A DNA stretch of 63,793 nucleotides, filler included, from Dugesia japonica (lineage: Eukaryota): the NCBI GenBank assembly GCA_001938525.1. It is 5 parts of 5 records of this genome, joined end to end, with 100 filler letters (N's around TTAATTAATTAA, not from the genome) between each part and the next. Parts side by side here need not be neighbours in the genome. Positions count along the whole stretch, not along the records: positions 45,542 to 54,379 come from MQRL01587145.1; positions 54,480 to 63,793 come from MQRL01340202.1; 3 more parts are not named here. The stretch is one strand, 5' to 3'. The position numbers were made by a program, and so were the translations under genes. Positions within the stretch are counted from its first letter, which is position 1, and the number at the start of each line of letters is the position of its first letter. The notes under the pieces are model-generated. The model did not search any database, was not told the origin of the DNA, and was given only the letters and a program-made list of their open reading frames with translations. Shown here piece by piece: positions 45,542-59,399 of this stretch.

Positions 45542-47494
45542 TTGATCCGTCGAAATATATAACAATAAAATTTTATTTTAAATGGCATTATTTATTTTTT
45601 TATAAAACATTTCCCATCGTTTATTACATATTTATTGTATTTTAGTTATCATAGCATAGTAACATTTTACTTTGCTTTTATTGATAATCTTTTAATTTCT
45701 ATCCGACATCTCAAATTATTATTTATCAGCTATTAGATTTCTTCCATTTTATCGACGATTGATATTGATAGTAATTTTCAATTAAAAAATTTATACTGAA
45801 ATTTCCAATTTTTATTTCCAATATCTGTTTTGAGGATTTTAATCGCAAAAAATAGCGTTTAGAACTATTTAAAGAACTATTAAAGAACGGTTTAATTACA
45901 AATTTCATTAAAGAAATTATAATTATTGTTATGAATACAACCGGAATTTCGCGGTCGCATTTACAAAAACCATTAAACTTGTTAAGATTTATGGGAAAAT
46001 CCGATATATTCTATTGTTATTTTTCCATATAAAATGTTGAATACTACTTATTATAATTGTAAATCCAAGAAGAAATGGTATTTCAAGCAAATATATAGTA
46101 TAAAATTATCAAAATATCTATATTATATTTTAAATATAATTTATTAAATTCTATTTCAAACAATGTCCGATTATCAATAATTTACGTACAACTATTGACA
46201 ATTAAAAATTCATTTCTTAAATTTAAAATAAAATTCCATCTCTTAATAAATTTCTTTTAATAAATGGAGTCCTACAGTTACATCCACAAAGAGCAACGAT
46301 CTTACATTTTAAAATTTGTTGATGCTATTTTTGAATTTAGAGTAAAACTATTTCTCTTAGAATTATGAAATATTCATTTATTTCGTCTTAACTTTAGAAA
46401 TCTTTTTTATTATTTATTAATACATGCTTCTAAGTTTAGAAAATAATTTGAAAATATTAAACTAATTCATAAAATTTGTTTGATAAATTGCCTGTAATCA
46501 GCTTTGTTTTTTTATTGTATTTCAGATATTGTTTGTTTAATATTGAATTAACAGCAATTTTTTACAAACACAAACTGTACTTGGTAATAGCTTTTTTTCA
46601 CGTAAAAAAATTTCGACTTCAATTGAATTTTTAAATTTCTAAAATCTTTTTGTTTAAGAAAAAATCGTTTTTCTTGTAGAATAAAGGATATTTAAAATTT
46701 ATATATAAAACAATTCTATTGAAATTCAAGTCAAGGTAAAATTTGAGGCTTCATTTTTGTAGTCTACGTAATAGGACAAATATTTTATACTAAAGATGCT
46801 GATTTTCATCATTTTTTTCATATTTAATAGGAACATAATATGTGTAAAAATTGATTAATCAACAGTGAAAAATAACAATTTAATGATAATATAAATCAAT
46901 GAAAGTAATAATATTACTCACATATTGACGACAAATTATGGATGAATTTGTTTTTAATTTATAATCACATAAATTCGTAAACTAAAATTTACTAAGTGAT
47001 AACATTTCATGTTCCTTTAAAGGTGCAACGTACAAAATTATCAGCAAAATTTATTCACGTTTAAAGGAAAAATACTAATTATGAGAATCAAATAATAACA
47101 GTTTTGTAAAATATATTGATATTACAGCAGGAATATTTATATGTCATTAAATATTTACAAGAATCATGTTAAACCTTTTCTATATATTCATTTTTTATTC
47201 ATACATTTTTTATATTAATCAGTATTGTACTTTTTGGCTTAAATTATGTAAAACACAATTTAACAAAAACTATATTTAATGTATTTATTAATTAATTTTC
47301 TGTAAGCGAAAAATTGCAAAACGTCAAATCGATAGTCTTGGTAGTTCTAGTTTAATTAATTTAATAAATTTAAAAAAATAATTTACTGAAATATAGTTGT
47401 GCAAATTTTACGCTTGTAAAAATAATGAATAAACAAAACAATTCAATTTACGATTAAAACATTTAATTAAAATTCATTTTAGTTTTATCTACAT

Positions 47495-48002
47495 CAGGGG
47501 TGTGCAACCCTTTGGTTATTGACGATCGCACAACATTTTTTTATAACGGCCACACGACAACAAATTTTTGTCAAATATAAATACCAAACTTCTCGATATC
47601 TTAAAAAATTATTTATAATACTATTTAATAAAAATTTAAATACAAATAATCAAATTTTATTATATTTTTTTTATTTAAGCTCAGCACAAAAATCAATGGC
47701 TGCCTTGGTTTAGAAAATCTGATGGAAAACTTGAAAAATTTGGAAGTTCATTAGTAACACCAAGTCGCATTGCAGATTGCAGACTATCATTTTTCATTTG
47801 AGATCTATAACTATTTTTTATTATTATTCAGTTAAAATATTATTTTCAAATGAATTTAATCAGTTACGACTATTTGACCAAACTATATTTTATTGATAAT
47901 AAACTAAATTAAAAACTTTGTATAGCTTGTGACTATAGATTTATGACTATAGATTTAAGCACAACATCGAAAGTTTCCACGGCCGCAGGTTGCGCACCCC
48001 TG
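47495..48002. mobile_element. hAT (Charlie-like) MITE
   Basis: TIRs CAGGGGTGTGCAACC and GGTTGCGCACCCCTG; 8-bp TSD ATCTACAT and ATTTACAT. Confidence 0.85.
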
Positions 48003-48989
48003 ATTTACATAATAAAAGAAAATGTATTTGGTCATTGATTGTTGATTTAGTTTAAGTGAATTTAATAATTTTTTTATTTTTTTTTCTCAATTAATAAATA
48101 AATTAAAATTTTTATTTTAAAGCATTGATTGATTCAAATGACATATTAACGATGAAGGTTGAATGTTTTTTTTTAAAAAACATGGATCGCATAAATAAAT
48201 CTTTCTAATAATAATTAATAATAATTAGTTCAAGCACTTAATTATTAAAATTAGTTCCTATTTTATACACATAACCTATATATTTATAAATACCTTCAGA
48301 ACATAGGCTTTTTATCTGAACTCCTTGATAATATAAATTTAAAAGAAATTATTTAGTTATTATTATTAAATTATCAAAGAAATTACTTAAATGTTAAGAT
48401 AACGCGTATATAGTAGACTTTACACTTCTTATATATTAGCTAAAAGTTCCTGTGCACTTCATTTTTCTATTAATGTGCTCTTTTGTATAGCCGGTGCGTT
48501 ATCAATTGGAAAATAAGTTAATTTCTTATTTCTACGAAAATTAACTCCTNTAGTTTTAATTAATGTATTTAAAATAGTATTCTGAGAATGAAGTTCGTGC
48601 CTTCACTTTACAAAAAAGTATAAATATATTGCTTCAAAATATTGTAACTAAAATTCAGAAAATGTAAAAAAAAGTTTAAATTATAAATGCTGACTAAACT
48701 TAGCAAAAATCTTTTTTTTCAAAAAAAAAATTTTATTAGTACAAAAATTAATTTAATAAAAGTGGATGCTATTTTTAGTAGTTTAATGGTTAAATCAAAA
48801 ATGATCAATTGTATAATTATTTCTATAATTATTTGACTTAACCATTGATGTTTAATTCAAGTATTTCAATAAAAACTGCAGATCAAATTTCTTCATTTTG
48901 TATTTTATTGATTTAATTTTTCCAATTTTCTTAATAATCTGCGTCAGGAAAATTTTTTTCTGAAACATTAGAGGTCATTATAATTAATA

Positions 48990-49086
48990 CACTCAAACCT
49001 GTTTTTTGGCGACTTTACTTTGCGGACCATCACAATATTATACATTTTGATGAACTATAAAAAATCGCACAAAACAGGTTCGAGTG
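48990..49086. mobile_element. Small pogo/Tc1-type palindromic MITE
   Basis: TA|CACTCAAACCTGTTTT...AAAACAGGTTCGAGTG|TA. Confidence 0.75.
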
Positions 49087-49855
49087 TATTATTTTTTTCC
49101 CAGCAATTTAAATTCTCCATATAACTTGAAATACACTCTCAACTTCGAGTGTTTTAAGCCCACATATTTCATCGTCATTATCAGTATTGAATAATTTAAT
49201 GGATATGCTTCGAATCCAAGTAATTTTTGGTTAATTAATGATAAATCAGATTTATTGAAAATAAAACTCAAAGATTATTTAGAATCAGAACACTAACTTC
49301 CACTAGAATGACAAAAAGCAAATGTTATTGAAATGTGATAGTTTTTCTAAAACAAATGAAAGATAAATCCATTCTGTGAATACAGTGAAAACTGTATAAT
49401 TCGAACATATCAATATGAAATACAAAGAACATAGTCCGAAAAATCTATCGGTGAAATCTAACTTAGAAGAAATATTTTTCTATTGTTGACAAAGATCATT
49501 TTCCCAACATGTCTGCATTACACATTTATTACTGTATTCAATTTTTTAAACTACATATGAATTAAGTAAATGATTTTAGAATGATAGAAATTAAAACATC
49601 ATTCATGTTTTATTTCTCGAAAACTTTCCATTTCTTTTTTAAATTATTGCACTTTCTTTACTTGTATATGAAAATAATTATCAAATAATTTAATTCTAAC
49701 ATTATTAGTAAACATTTCAAGCCAAGTATTAAATATATGCTAATAATAAATTCTTTGAATAACGAAAAATTTGTAACAACTGTTTCAGTTGTCTAATAAA
49801 TGTAAACTTTACTACAAAACACAGAAACTTTGAACAAATTATTACTAAAAAAGTC

Positions 49856-49890
49856 AATTCCTGACGAAGACAAAGTCGAAAATTAGAATT
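49856..49890 (+). ncRNA. Minimal type I hammerhead ribozyme motif at a Penelope-like terminus
   Basis: AATTC-CTGACGA-A-GAC-AAA-GTC-GAAA-ATTA-GAATT: stem I AATTC/GAATT, CUGANGA core, stem II GAC/GTC, GAAA, and a palindromic AATT in place of stem III. Confidence 0.7.
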
Positions 49891-50426
49891 ATTATCAAAA
49901 CAAAAAAAAATTTCAAACCTTTTATTTTAATGAATTTCTAAAAATGATCAATGGTTACGTCCAACAATTATTATATTATATTNNNNNNNNNNNNNNNNNN
50001 NNNNNNNNNNNNNNNNNNNNNNNNNNNNNNNNNNNNNNNNNNNNNNNNNNNNNNNNNNNNNNNNNNNNNNNNNNNNNNNNNNNNNNNNNNNNNNNNNNNN
50101 NNNNNNNNNNNNNNNNNNNNNNNNNNNNNNNNNNNNNNNNNNNNNNNNNTTCATTGTTATTTTTAATTTGTAAAAAATGTATTATTATTACATAAATTGA
50201 AATTTGACATATTAAATATAAGTATACATAAATGCAATATTTTATTTGTAAATTTATCTTGAAAATAAAAGTCCAAATAATGAAGAGTAAATGTAAAGTA
50301 ATTTAATTTAGAAATTGAAATATAAATTTTAAAAATATCATTTTTACTAACATTAATTTTTTAAATCCTTTTTAATATTTTAATTGTACATTTACAGTTA
50401 TAGTTAAAAACTAAAAATTAATTGAC

Positions 50427-51361
50427 CTGTAATTCTTCTTCAATGTCTGAAATAGTTGCCTTATTTCTTTGAAGGCGTTCGAATTGTTCCAAATATCTTT
50501 GATAAATACTTCTTAATGCGACACATGCGTTGGCACATTTAGGTGGAATTTTGAGATCTTTCATTACGCCTTCCCAAGATAATTCCGTAACCATCTGAAT
50601 GGAAATAATTTTTAATTGCTTTAACTTAGACAACTATAACAATCCAATGTTTTTGTAGTATTTTCACGGTTTACTGAACCAATCATGGGTGGATTATTAT
50701 TATAGTACAATCTATACTCGCTGTTTATTTGACATGCCAACTTCAACAATGATTTCAAGTATCTATCTCAGGCACACCCAGCAATACATATTTATACATA
50801 CAGACACTGTCAGGCATACATACAAGTCACTAAAAATAGAAACATGCAGGTATCGGAACAAGACGTAATGGCGTAAATTGTTCGATCTACTTTCTGATCA
50901 TCAATGTCATCTAATGGCACTGTGTTGTCATCAATCACGCTGTTAATAATAATGTAGAAAAATTCATTGGAATCTCTTGTTACTAATTCTAGCACCAATT
51001 AAAATTGATTTTCAAAATCTAACTCCTATTTTATTGTACAATCCAATTATAAAATCTCATTCAACTACAGTATTATAATTTGTTTTACTTACCTTCTTTA
51101 ATCCACCTCTTTGTGCCACTGCATTGTACATAGCTAGTAAATCGATTCTACGCCCGAATAAAGTAGGAACATGATTTATCGGTGTACTATGAAAATTTTA
51201 AATTAAAAAGATTACAATCATAATATTTACTATTGACTCTCTTGAATTTTGATTACATCTTGAAGGAATTGATCAGAAGTACGATCTGTAATTTGGGGTA
51301 AAAAACTAAATCCCCCATTTAAACCTGATATGTTTTTTCTATTTTGTCTATTATTACTCAT
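50427..51361 (-). CDS. ARID2: ARID2/BAF200-like gene, ARID-domain exons (51231-51361, 51093-51186, 50427-50594)
   Basis: Spliced translation: MSNNRQ...SDQFLQDVIKIQESQYTPINHVPTLFGRRIDLLAMYNAVAQRGGLKK|MVTELSWEGVMKDLKIPPKCANACVALRSIYQRYLEQFER. This is an N-terminal ARID with the ARID2-type CxNAxxAL..Y.RYLE motif. Introns are GT-AG with consistent phases. Downstream exons were not identified. Confidence 0.8.
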
Positions 51362-53726
51362 TACTAAATTGAAAGATTTTCATAAAATTAAATATTAAAA
51401 AAATGTTTTATTAAATTCATGACAATCAATAATTACTTACGGAAACTGTTAAAATTCCATCAACACTTGGATTTCCAATGTCGGTGTTAAATCTATGAAT
51501 AAAAATATCCGTAATATTGAGTTTTAGATAGTTGATTATTATTGATAGTAAAATTCACAATATTTTGATAAAGATACCAGTAAAAATTAATAGCATTGTA
51601 TTGGCTTTAATTCAACATGCATAACCAACAAATCGTGACTAGATTAACTGGCACATCAGAACTAATATTTAACTGAATATTTGAACGCAAAGAAAAGTAG
51701 TAAGAAATTATAGCATGAAGAAAAGCCAATTTGAAAAAGCAACCAACAGTTGATCATTAAACAAGTAAAAAAAAAACTTACTTTGATTCAATGTTCTCTT
51801 CTCTTGATTAGAAATTGTCTATCTGATTTTTCACTGTGTGCTCTCTAAAATTATTCACCACACAAATTTTTACGTAAATTAATAATCGCGCTGCTTTACT
51901 TTGTAAGAACACAAGAAATGTAGATAGAGTGGGATAGAAAATTTCAAGTTAACAACTTAAACACAGAAAATATAAATACGACAGAGCTTTGGTGTTAGTT
52001 GTTTTGCAGGGCTGTTCAATTCATTTTCGATGTCTCATCTTTGTCATTGTCGTCGATCTGGAATTGAAGATTAGTTGATTGCATTTGGACAGTCAATACA
52101 TACAAACTCTGACGCACACTGAAAGATAGTAAGTGAGAAAGCTTCTTGAAATGTGCTTTAACAATTTAACTAATCTTAATACAATCCTACTATGTGTGCT
52201 ATTTAATGTAAATGGATATAAAATTAGAGTGTGTGCGTTGTAATTTTCTACTCCAATGCATTCATTAAGACATTTTATCATGATCGGTGAACACACAAAC
52301 ACAGATTCTAACTCACCAAACTACAAGCCGGTCAGATTTCTCTCTCGTTTAAATTGTGTGCTTGTTTACTGTATTAACTATATATATATATCGGGCTGTA
52401 ACCTAGTCACTAAATTATTGATTAATTATTTTCTCTATGTCATTTGTTTTGTATATACCAATGCATACAATCACGTATGTCGATATTATTACAAGCCGAA
52501 TTTCTCACCCCTGTTATAAATGCAGCGCAATGTTTAATAGATATTTTTTGTTGTGAAAAAAAATCATATGCAGGTAGTTATGGCAGTATAGTCTTTTACA
52601 ACTGAAATACGCATACTAAGATGCGTTACTTTGGGTCACATGAAAAATCAACGGTTCTTACTGATTGATATTACTAATTTACTTTGTTTAAATTTTCTAA
52701 TAATTATAATTTCATTTGAATTTGTCTTTTTAAATTCACTCTTTTCGTCTATTTTCTATGACATGTTAATTTAATTTTTTAAACAGCAATTGTATATTTT
52801 ATTAAAAGCATATGGTTATAAAGTAAAAATATTTATATCGTAAGATTAAATTTAATTATCCAATTACACTGAATGTGATTATGTAGAGATACAAAAGTAA
52901 TGTTGTGGTCAGTCAGAAAATCAAACAACCATACTTTAAGTTACACATTTAAATATTAAATAGATTTTAAGAAAAATTCAAAAATTAAATATTTGTTCAT
53001 TGGGATAATTATATTAATTGAGTAACATTAAGTTATTAATATTTTAATAAATTAATATAGAAAATCTTATTAATAAGAAACATAGTAAACAATAACAGCC
53101 ATTGATTACATTTGGTCGACGTTAATTCTTATGAATTTAGGCTAAGAATGGAACATCAGTTTTTCCTATGTTAAATTGAGCTTAAGCTTACTTAGTAATC
53201 CAAATTATATTGATTATGCAAACATCAAAACAAATTTTGATTGGCTAAATTGGAACTATAATAAATGATGACATGATTTTATTAGTAACGTTTTCTAAGT
53301 GTTCTGTTTAATTTACATCTCACTTTCTATTTAAAAAAATGTTAATATTTAGTATGTTATTGTGTAATTTGAATTTTATGTCCAATCTACGAATTGTCTT
53401 ATATTGCAACTACTCGCTGCAATATTTATAATATTCAAAGGAATACTTGTTACATCATCTATAACTTGGTAAACTTTTTACTAAGATAACTTGCAGGAAT
53501 TTAATCATAATTTTAATAGACTTCTTCTACCGATAAATCGGCTAATTAAGAAATAAATATATTTATAATTTATCTGTTAAATAGAAAGTGTTAATATACT
53601 TTCACGTAAACAAACAATTAGATTAAAGAGAATTAATTTTTACATGATTGCGTGCACATGAAATTAACTCTCATAATTCTCTGTAAATTAAAAATTCCAA
53701 AGTTTCAAGAAACTTATCGTTTTGAC

Positions 53727-54379
53727 CAATGTTGTCCAAACCGTGTGCTGTGGCAAGTGCCAAGGTGTTCCGCGAAATTTTTCAAATAAAGTCAAAAATA
53801 CCTTGTTTTTTTGATAACTTAATTTAAAGGAAGTTGAANNNNNNNNNNNNNNNNNNNNNNNNNNNNNNNNNNNNNNNNNNNNNNNNNNNNNNNNNAAATT
53901 TATTTGCTTGCAGTAATATTTTAAACCTTTAATAAAAGTGCAATGAGAAATTTCCATTGAATCAAAAAATTAGTGTGCTGTGAAAATTTTTAATTCAGAC
54001 AAATGTGACGTGGCTCAAAAAAGTGTTGGGGTTTCACCTGAGTTGGAAAATGGTGACTGGGGAAAAACAGTCCTCAGGGGAACCCTTTCAAGAATTTAAA
54101 CCCTACCGTCCCTATGGTAGGTTTTCAGTTTATTGCGGTTGACCTTACCCATGATGGAAGGTGGTCGCCAATAAACCTTTCGTTCGGGTTCTATATTTTT
54201 CCCTGGTATTGTTTAGGCGATTTAGACCATATTTTTTAGTTAAAACCTTTTTTATTATTAAGAGAATTAAATCATTTCTATTAATTAAACATTTATTATT
54301 AATCCACATCTACATCAGGTTCAAGGCGTCAGGATCTAACCACTGATCTGGGGAGGTGACGACAAAGTTGAAAGCAGCA
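53727..54379. mobile_element. hAT-type MITE interrupted near its right end by a solo LTR
   Basis: Left end CAATGTTGTCCAAACCGTGTG; the right end ..GCTCAAAAAAG|TTGAAAGCAG is split by the LTR. Confidence 0.5.
54024..54364. mobile_element. Solo LTR (341 bp)
   Basis: TGTTG...CGACA inverted termini, GC-elevated body, internal AATAAA, and AAG duplicated at both flanks. Confidence 0.6.
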
Positions 54380-54479
54380 NNNNNNNNNNNNNNNNNNNNN
54401 NNNNNNNNNNNNNNNNNNNNNNNTTAATTAATTAANNNNNNNNNNNNNNNNNNNNNNNNNNNNNNNNNNNNNNNNNNNN
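54380..54479. other. Artificial scaffolding linker
   Basis: N44-TTAATTAATTAA-N44. Confidence 0.9.

Positions 54480-54542
<63 letters not shown>
54480..54542. repeat. (ATT)n microsatellite
   Basis: About 20 perfect units; similar degenerate tracts at ~700-735, 12180-12265 and 22853-22890. Confidence 0.95.
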
Positions 54543-54545
<3 letters not shown>

Positions 54546-54589
54546 TTAATTTTTATTATGATTATAAATATAAAAATAAACACTGAATA

Positions 54590-57500
54590 CGGAAAACTTA
54601 ATATTGGCGTTGTACATAAAGCTTGTTTGATCTCATTAAAGCTTTTTTTGCACTCTTCAGTCCATTGAATTTCTTGTTTATGGCCTCCCATTGCAGCATA
54701 TAATGGTTTAGCAAGTAACGAAAATTTTTTAACAAGCTTCCTGTAATAGATTGACTAAAAAAGAACGTAATTGTTTAGTGCATTTTGGTATTTTTGCTTT
54801 TGCAATTTCGAAGACTTTCTGAATTCAGACTCAATCCGTCTTTGCTAACTGTATGGCCTAAAAATAACAATTCACTTTGACATAATTTACATTTATTTAA
54901 ATTGATTTTGAGATCAGAAAGAATTTTGAATTCTTTGAAATACATTGACAAGTATCATGTTCTGATCGACTTTTTGCAAATTTTAAAATATCGTCAATAT
55001 ATACAACTACATCTTTAAATAAAATCCCATCCAAAATTGCATGAATTTCTGAAAAGTAGCTGGAGCAGTTGATAACCCAAATGTCTTACGATTGTAGTAA
55101 GATTGTCCCTTCTTTGTTGAAAATGCCGTTTTAATCTTATCTTCTTCGTTTAATTCTAATTGATAATAAGGTTGTCCCACATCCAACGTTTAAAATATTG
55201 TACAACCACAAAGGTGATCAAACAAGGTTGGTGGATTTGACATTGGGAATGAAACTTCTTTGTAGAATTATTCAACATTCTTAAGTCTTGGCACATTCTG
55301 ATCGCGCTATTCTTTTTACCAACAATTAGCATCGAAAAATTCCAAGCACTTCTGCATTCTTTGAAAATATCACTTTCTGATACTCTTCCTGTGTCAAATG
55401 AGATGGTTATAAAATATAAAAATATGAACATATGTTAGAATTATTTATTTTTATTAATGATTAATTCCTAAAATAAATTTTAAAATTTTTAATAAAGAAA
55501 TATTTTCAAATACGAATTGATTCGAATTTTTAAATTATTTAATGTGGAAAAGTTGTAAATAATTTCTATAATAAATAAATGTTTGCTTTCAAAATAATTA
55601 AATTTGTTAAAAAATTTTGTTATAACAGAACCTTGGTTCTTACCTGGGCCACTCTAACCACGGGGCTAAATTGGCTATAGTCCCAGGTGGCAAGACTTTT
55701 GGGCGGCAATTTTTATTTGCTATACATATTCAAATTTTTGTTATTATTAGTTATTTAGTTATTAGTTTTAGAAAAATTCATTTTTCATTTTATTAGTTTT
55801 CACGTATTTTTAAATTAAAACAATTTCTTAAAATATTTAACTGATTTTTATATTCAAATGTGCTGGAATGACAAACGATATTACAATAATTTATGATGTC
55901 ATCAACTTCGATAGACGACTTAAATGTAAGCAGAACACCTATGCATACTCACCGCCAGGGTGTATTTCTTTATCTAAACGTAATTTATATTATTTTAATA
56001 ATCCTACTCAAAGATAGGAACAGGTTACTGATACTTACCTGAATAAAAACTATACGACAAAAATTAATTTTATATAATTTTAGTATTTTTGTCCGGAAAT
56101 GTTTTTTAATTTTATTTAATTCAATTTTGTGTTTTTAGTATTTAGGTAATAAATTAATTTTTTCCAGTTCTGACACTTTTGTATAACTTTGCTAGAGACC
56201 CCACTCCCGTTTGCTATTCTGTGAACTATCTTACAAAGAGGGGTGCATTATTTTTAGTAGTCCATAGGCGCCGTATTTCTAAAAAGATGGTCTAGGTTGT
56301 TAATACGAGCAAATAAGAATCTCAACAATATACTGAGATTAGTTTAACTATATTGTCTGAAGGCAATTATTACAATAAAAATAGGCTTAAATGAAAAGTA
56401 TATATTAACGATTATGTGGATGAATACTCTTCAACTGATTCTTTGCTTCATGTACATACATACGTACATACAAATTGTTCATATATATATATACAACTCA
56501 ATTACACTCCATGAAAACCAATCGAATTATCAAAAAATATAAAGTATTCAAGATGATTTTTACACTTTTAACGAATTCTGGAAAAAATCAATGGTTAAGT
56601 CCTATCATTATTCTCGCAATACTTGTATTGGTTGACGTCAAGGTTGTTGTAGAATATGGTCACCAACTGTTGGAATAAAATGTTTTACAACATGTGTTTT
56701 TCCAAGATTAAAAGTATCTGCCATAAATATATTTGAAAACTTTAGAAGCATTTCTTTTAAATTATTTTCTTTCGGTTTTTAATGCTGCTAAGGCTGTCTT
56801 ACAACGATCATTATCAGTGAATTTGTTGTAAATGTTCTCTGAGTCCAAAATATTAAGCATTTTTAATTGAATATTAAATGCATTAAACATATCAATTCCA
56901 CCAATAAATTCTGGATTTATTCCATCAACAATCACAATGTAAACAATTTTCTTCACATTTTCAAATTCTATTTCAACTTTTCCAATTCCTGAACAGTTCA
57001 CTGCTTCTTGAAAATGCACCACTCAATTTAATATTGCATTTATCCAATGGAAAAGATCCACTGTCTCTCCATAACTTTGTATGCATCACTAATATTAAAG
57101 CACCTGTATCCCACAACATTTCGACCATTTTAATTCTAACTTTGACAATACTCTGTTTTACCACAAATTAGACAACATGATTTCAGAGGGCAGTTATTAA
57201 GTAAAAGACCTATCAGACCCCAGCAAAAATATGAGCCTTTTTTAATTGTTCCTCTTTTGGGGGAGGAAGTCCTTTTGATCTATTGTACAATTTCCTTGCA
57301 ATAAACTTCATGGAAACTGTTGGCATATTTCTAAATTAACCTTCTCTACTGTTTTTGGAATCATTAAATTTTTCAGCAATTGGAATTGCCTTTTCAATTT
57401 CATTATTCCTAGGTTTATAATAATTAGAACCTTTTAAATCAATTTTCTTAATTCTCAGATTGTAACTTGCAGCTGCCACTTCTCAGTAAGTCAACTTATT

Positions 57501-58150
57501 TATCTGTGACCCACTAAAATTTTCATCGTTCTTCTCAAAATTTTCAGCCAACTTTCTCATTTAATCCGGCTTAAATTATGGTTTAAGAGCAAATGATTTT
57601 CTTAGCTCTTCGGAACCAACTCTTTTCTTGATTATTTGCTGAGCAATTTCCTCCACAGTCAATCCTGATTCAAATATTTCTTTGACTGATCCTAATACTC
57701 TTAATTCAAAGTTTTCGAAACGTTCATTTTCTTTTTGTCGGATTCCACTACGTTCTTCAATGATTCGGAGAAATGACTTTTCTTTTATAAATTTTCCTTT
57801 AAACCATTCGCTAGCCGTTTTATCGTTCACATTCTGTTGGCTTTTAAATACTTGCCTCAGGTCTTTTGCATCACCGTCTAATAAAAAAATCAGAAGTTGA
57901 TAATAAATCAAAACTGTTTGATTCTGAAAAAACTGAAATTTCATTTAACCATTTTGCTGGGTCTTCGTCATAGTTCCTTGAGAATTTCGTAATTTTAGGG
58001 GTTAAAAATTCCCTCGACTCTTTAGGCAAAGCTTCGTAGATTCTTTTGGCTTTGGTTTCGTGGTTTCGAGTAATTGGGTTCAGCTGGACTGGATCGCCAG
58101 TTAAATCAAGAGTCTTAATTTCCATAACAGCTTTATTTACTAAGTTCAAA
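54590..58150 (-). mobile_element. Decayed Ty3/Gypsy element: gag (57300-58149), protease (~56760-57165), RT/connection (54590-55400)
   Basis: VEMLWDTGA; SAWNFSMLIVGKKNSAIRMCQDLRMLN; GLSTAPATFQK; DVVVYIDDI; WTEECKKSFNEIKQALCTTPILSFP. Multiple frameshifts, and an unrelated insert at ~55400-56600. Confidence 0.9.
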
Positions 58151-58549
58151 TATATAACTGAATCTTAAAAAACAATATTTAAACAAATATTCAGTTTTTT
58201 TAAATATTCAACTATTATTTTTATTATTTCATTAAAATAAGATAAAGCTAATTTTTTTGTAAAAAAGTTCAAATTTTCGACAATAGACTTCTTCAGGAAC
58301 ATGTTGGCTTCTTGAGATATTCAATACAATAGATTTTTGTTACTAAATTCTTTAAATTTTATCAAAATTTTATTGGTTAATTTTTTTTTAAATCAACTCA
58401 AAAAATTGCTAAAATAAATCTTCATTGTGATCAAATATTAATTATTGATTATTTAGTGTACTTTTTAATATAATACTTCATATTATTTTTAGTTGACTTT
58501 CATAAGCACAAGTAACATTAATATATTCACTTTTAAATTTAAAAATATT

Positions 58550-59175
58550 GCATGGTCAAATCACATTAATCTTAGCGCCAGTATCAAGTAAACAATTAAC
58601 ATTTAATTCATTATTTAATTTTAACTTTAAACAAGGTCTTCCTGAAATTTTATGATACACAATTTTATCTTCATAATTATTTATTATATTTACATTATTT
58701 AAATTTTTATTTAAAACTGAAATATCATTAGAAATTAAAATGTTATCTATAAAATATTCATTTTTTTATTCTAAAGTTTTATTAAATAAATCATCAATCA
58801 ACAAATATTTATATTCATTTAAGCAAACTTAATCATTCAATTTTTTATAATTTTCATTATATACGTCAAACAAGCATTCATATCACATACATTAGTGCTC
58901 AAAACATTATTATCTAACCTAGATTTATAGCTTCAACTGCATCCTCCCTCATCAGAGCTTTGGTATTTCCCGAATTATTTCCTTGATCTACTTCATCACT
59001 GGAACAGTATCATCATAATCATCATTATCATAGGCATTCATTTGAAATCTTCGTGGCTTGTTGTACATTTGTCTTCTTTCTGCTCTTAAAGGAGTAATTT
59101 CATGGCATTGAAATCTGATATGTCCTGGATTCTTACAATGCGAACATTTAACATTAGGACATTGTGAGCGTAAGA
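58550..59175 (-). mobile_element. Second LTR-retrotransposon gag zinc-knuckle and protease fragment
   Basis: CSHCKNPGHIRFQC (CX2CX4HX4C) at ~59105-59146 and GRPCLKLKLNNELNVNCLLDTGAKINVI at ~58560-58643. Confidence 0.85.
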
Positions 59176-59399
59176 AGATTAACTAATTCCTATGTATTTA
59201 GTTGGAAATAATTTTTACGTATTGATTATATAATCGGATTAAATGACTTAATCCAATTACGTAAAAAGTTTCCTAACTAAAAAACCTGAAAACCAAAGTG
59301 ACTCCGAAGTATTTATACAGTGATTTTGATTTTCCATACAATTTTTACGTAATCAGTCAAACTTTTCATCGGGAGTTTCGATTTAGGTTGATTTGTCAG

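Noticed and set aside
50810-50998. 62-aa minus ORF inside the ARID gene
   Set aside because: The ARID domain is complete when 51093 is spliced directly to 50594, so this ORF is intronic; it has no recognisable motif.
1426-54691. ORF-track entries made largely of X (1426, 9008-9368, 10285, 19731, 33266-33691, 49944-50195, 53688) and the poly-Ile tail of 54428
   Set aside because: Artefacts of N gaps and the (ATT)n microsatellite.
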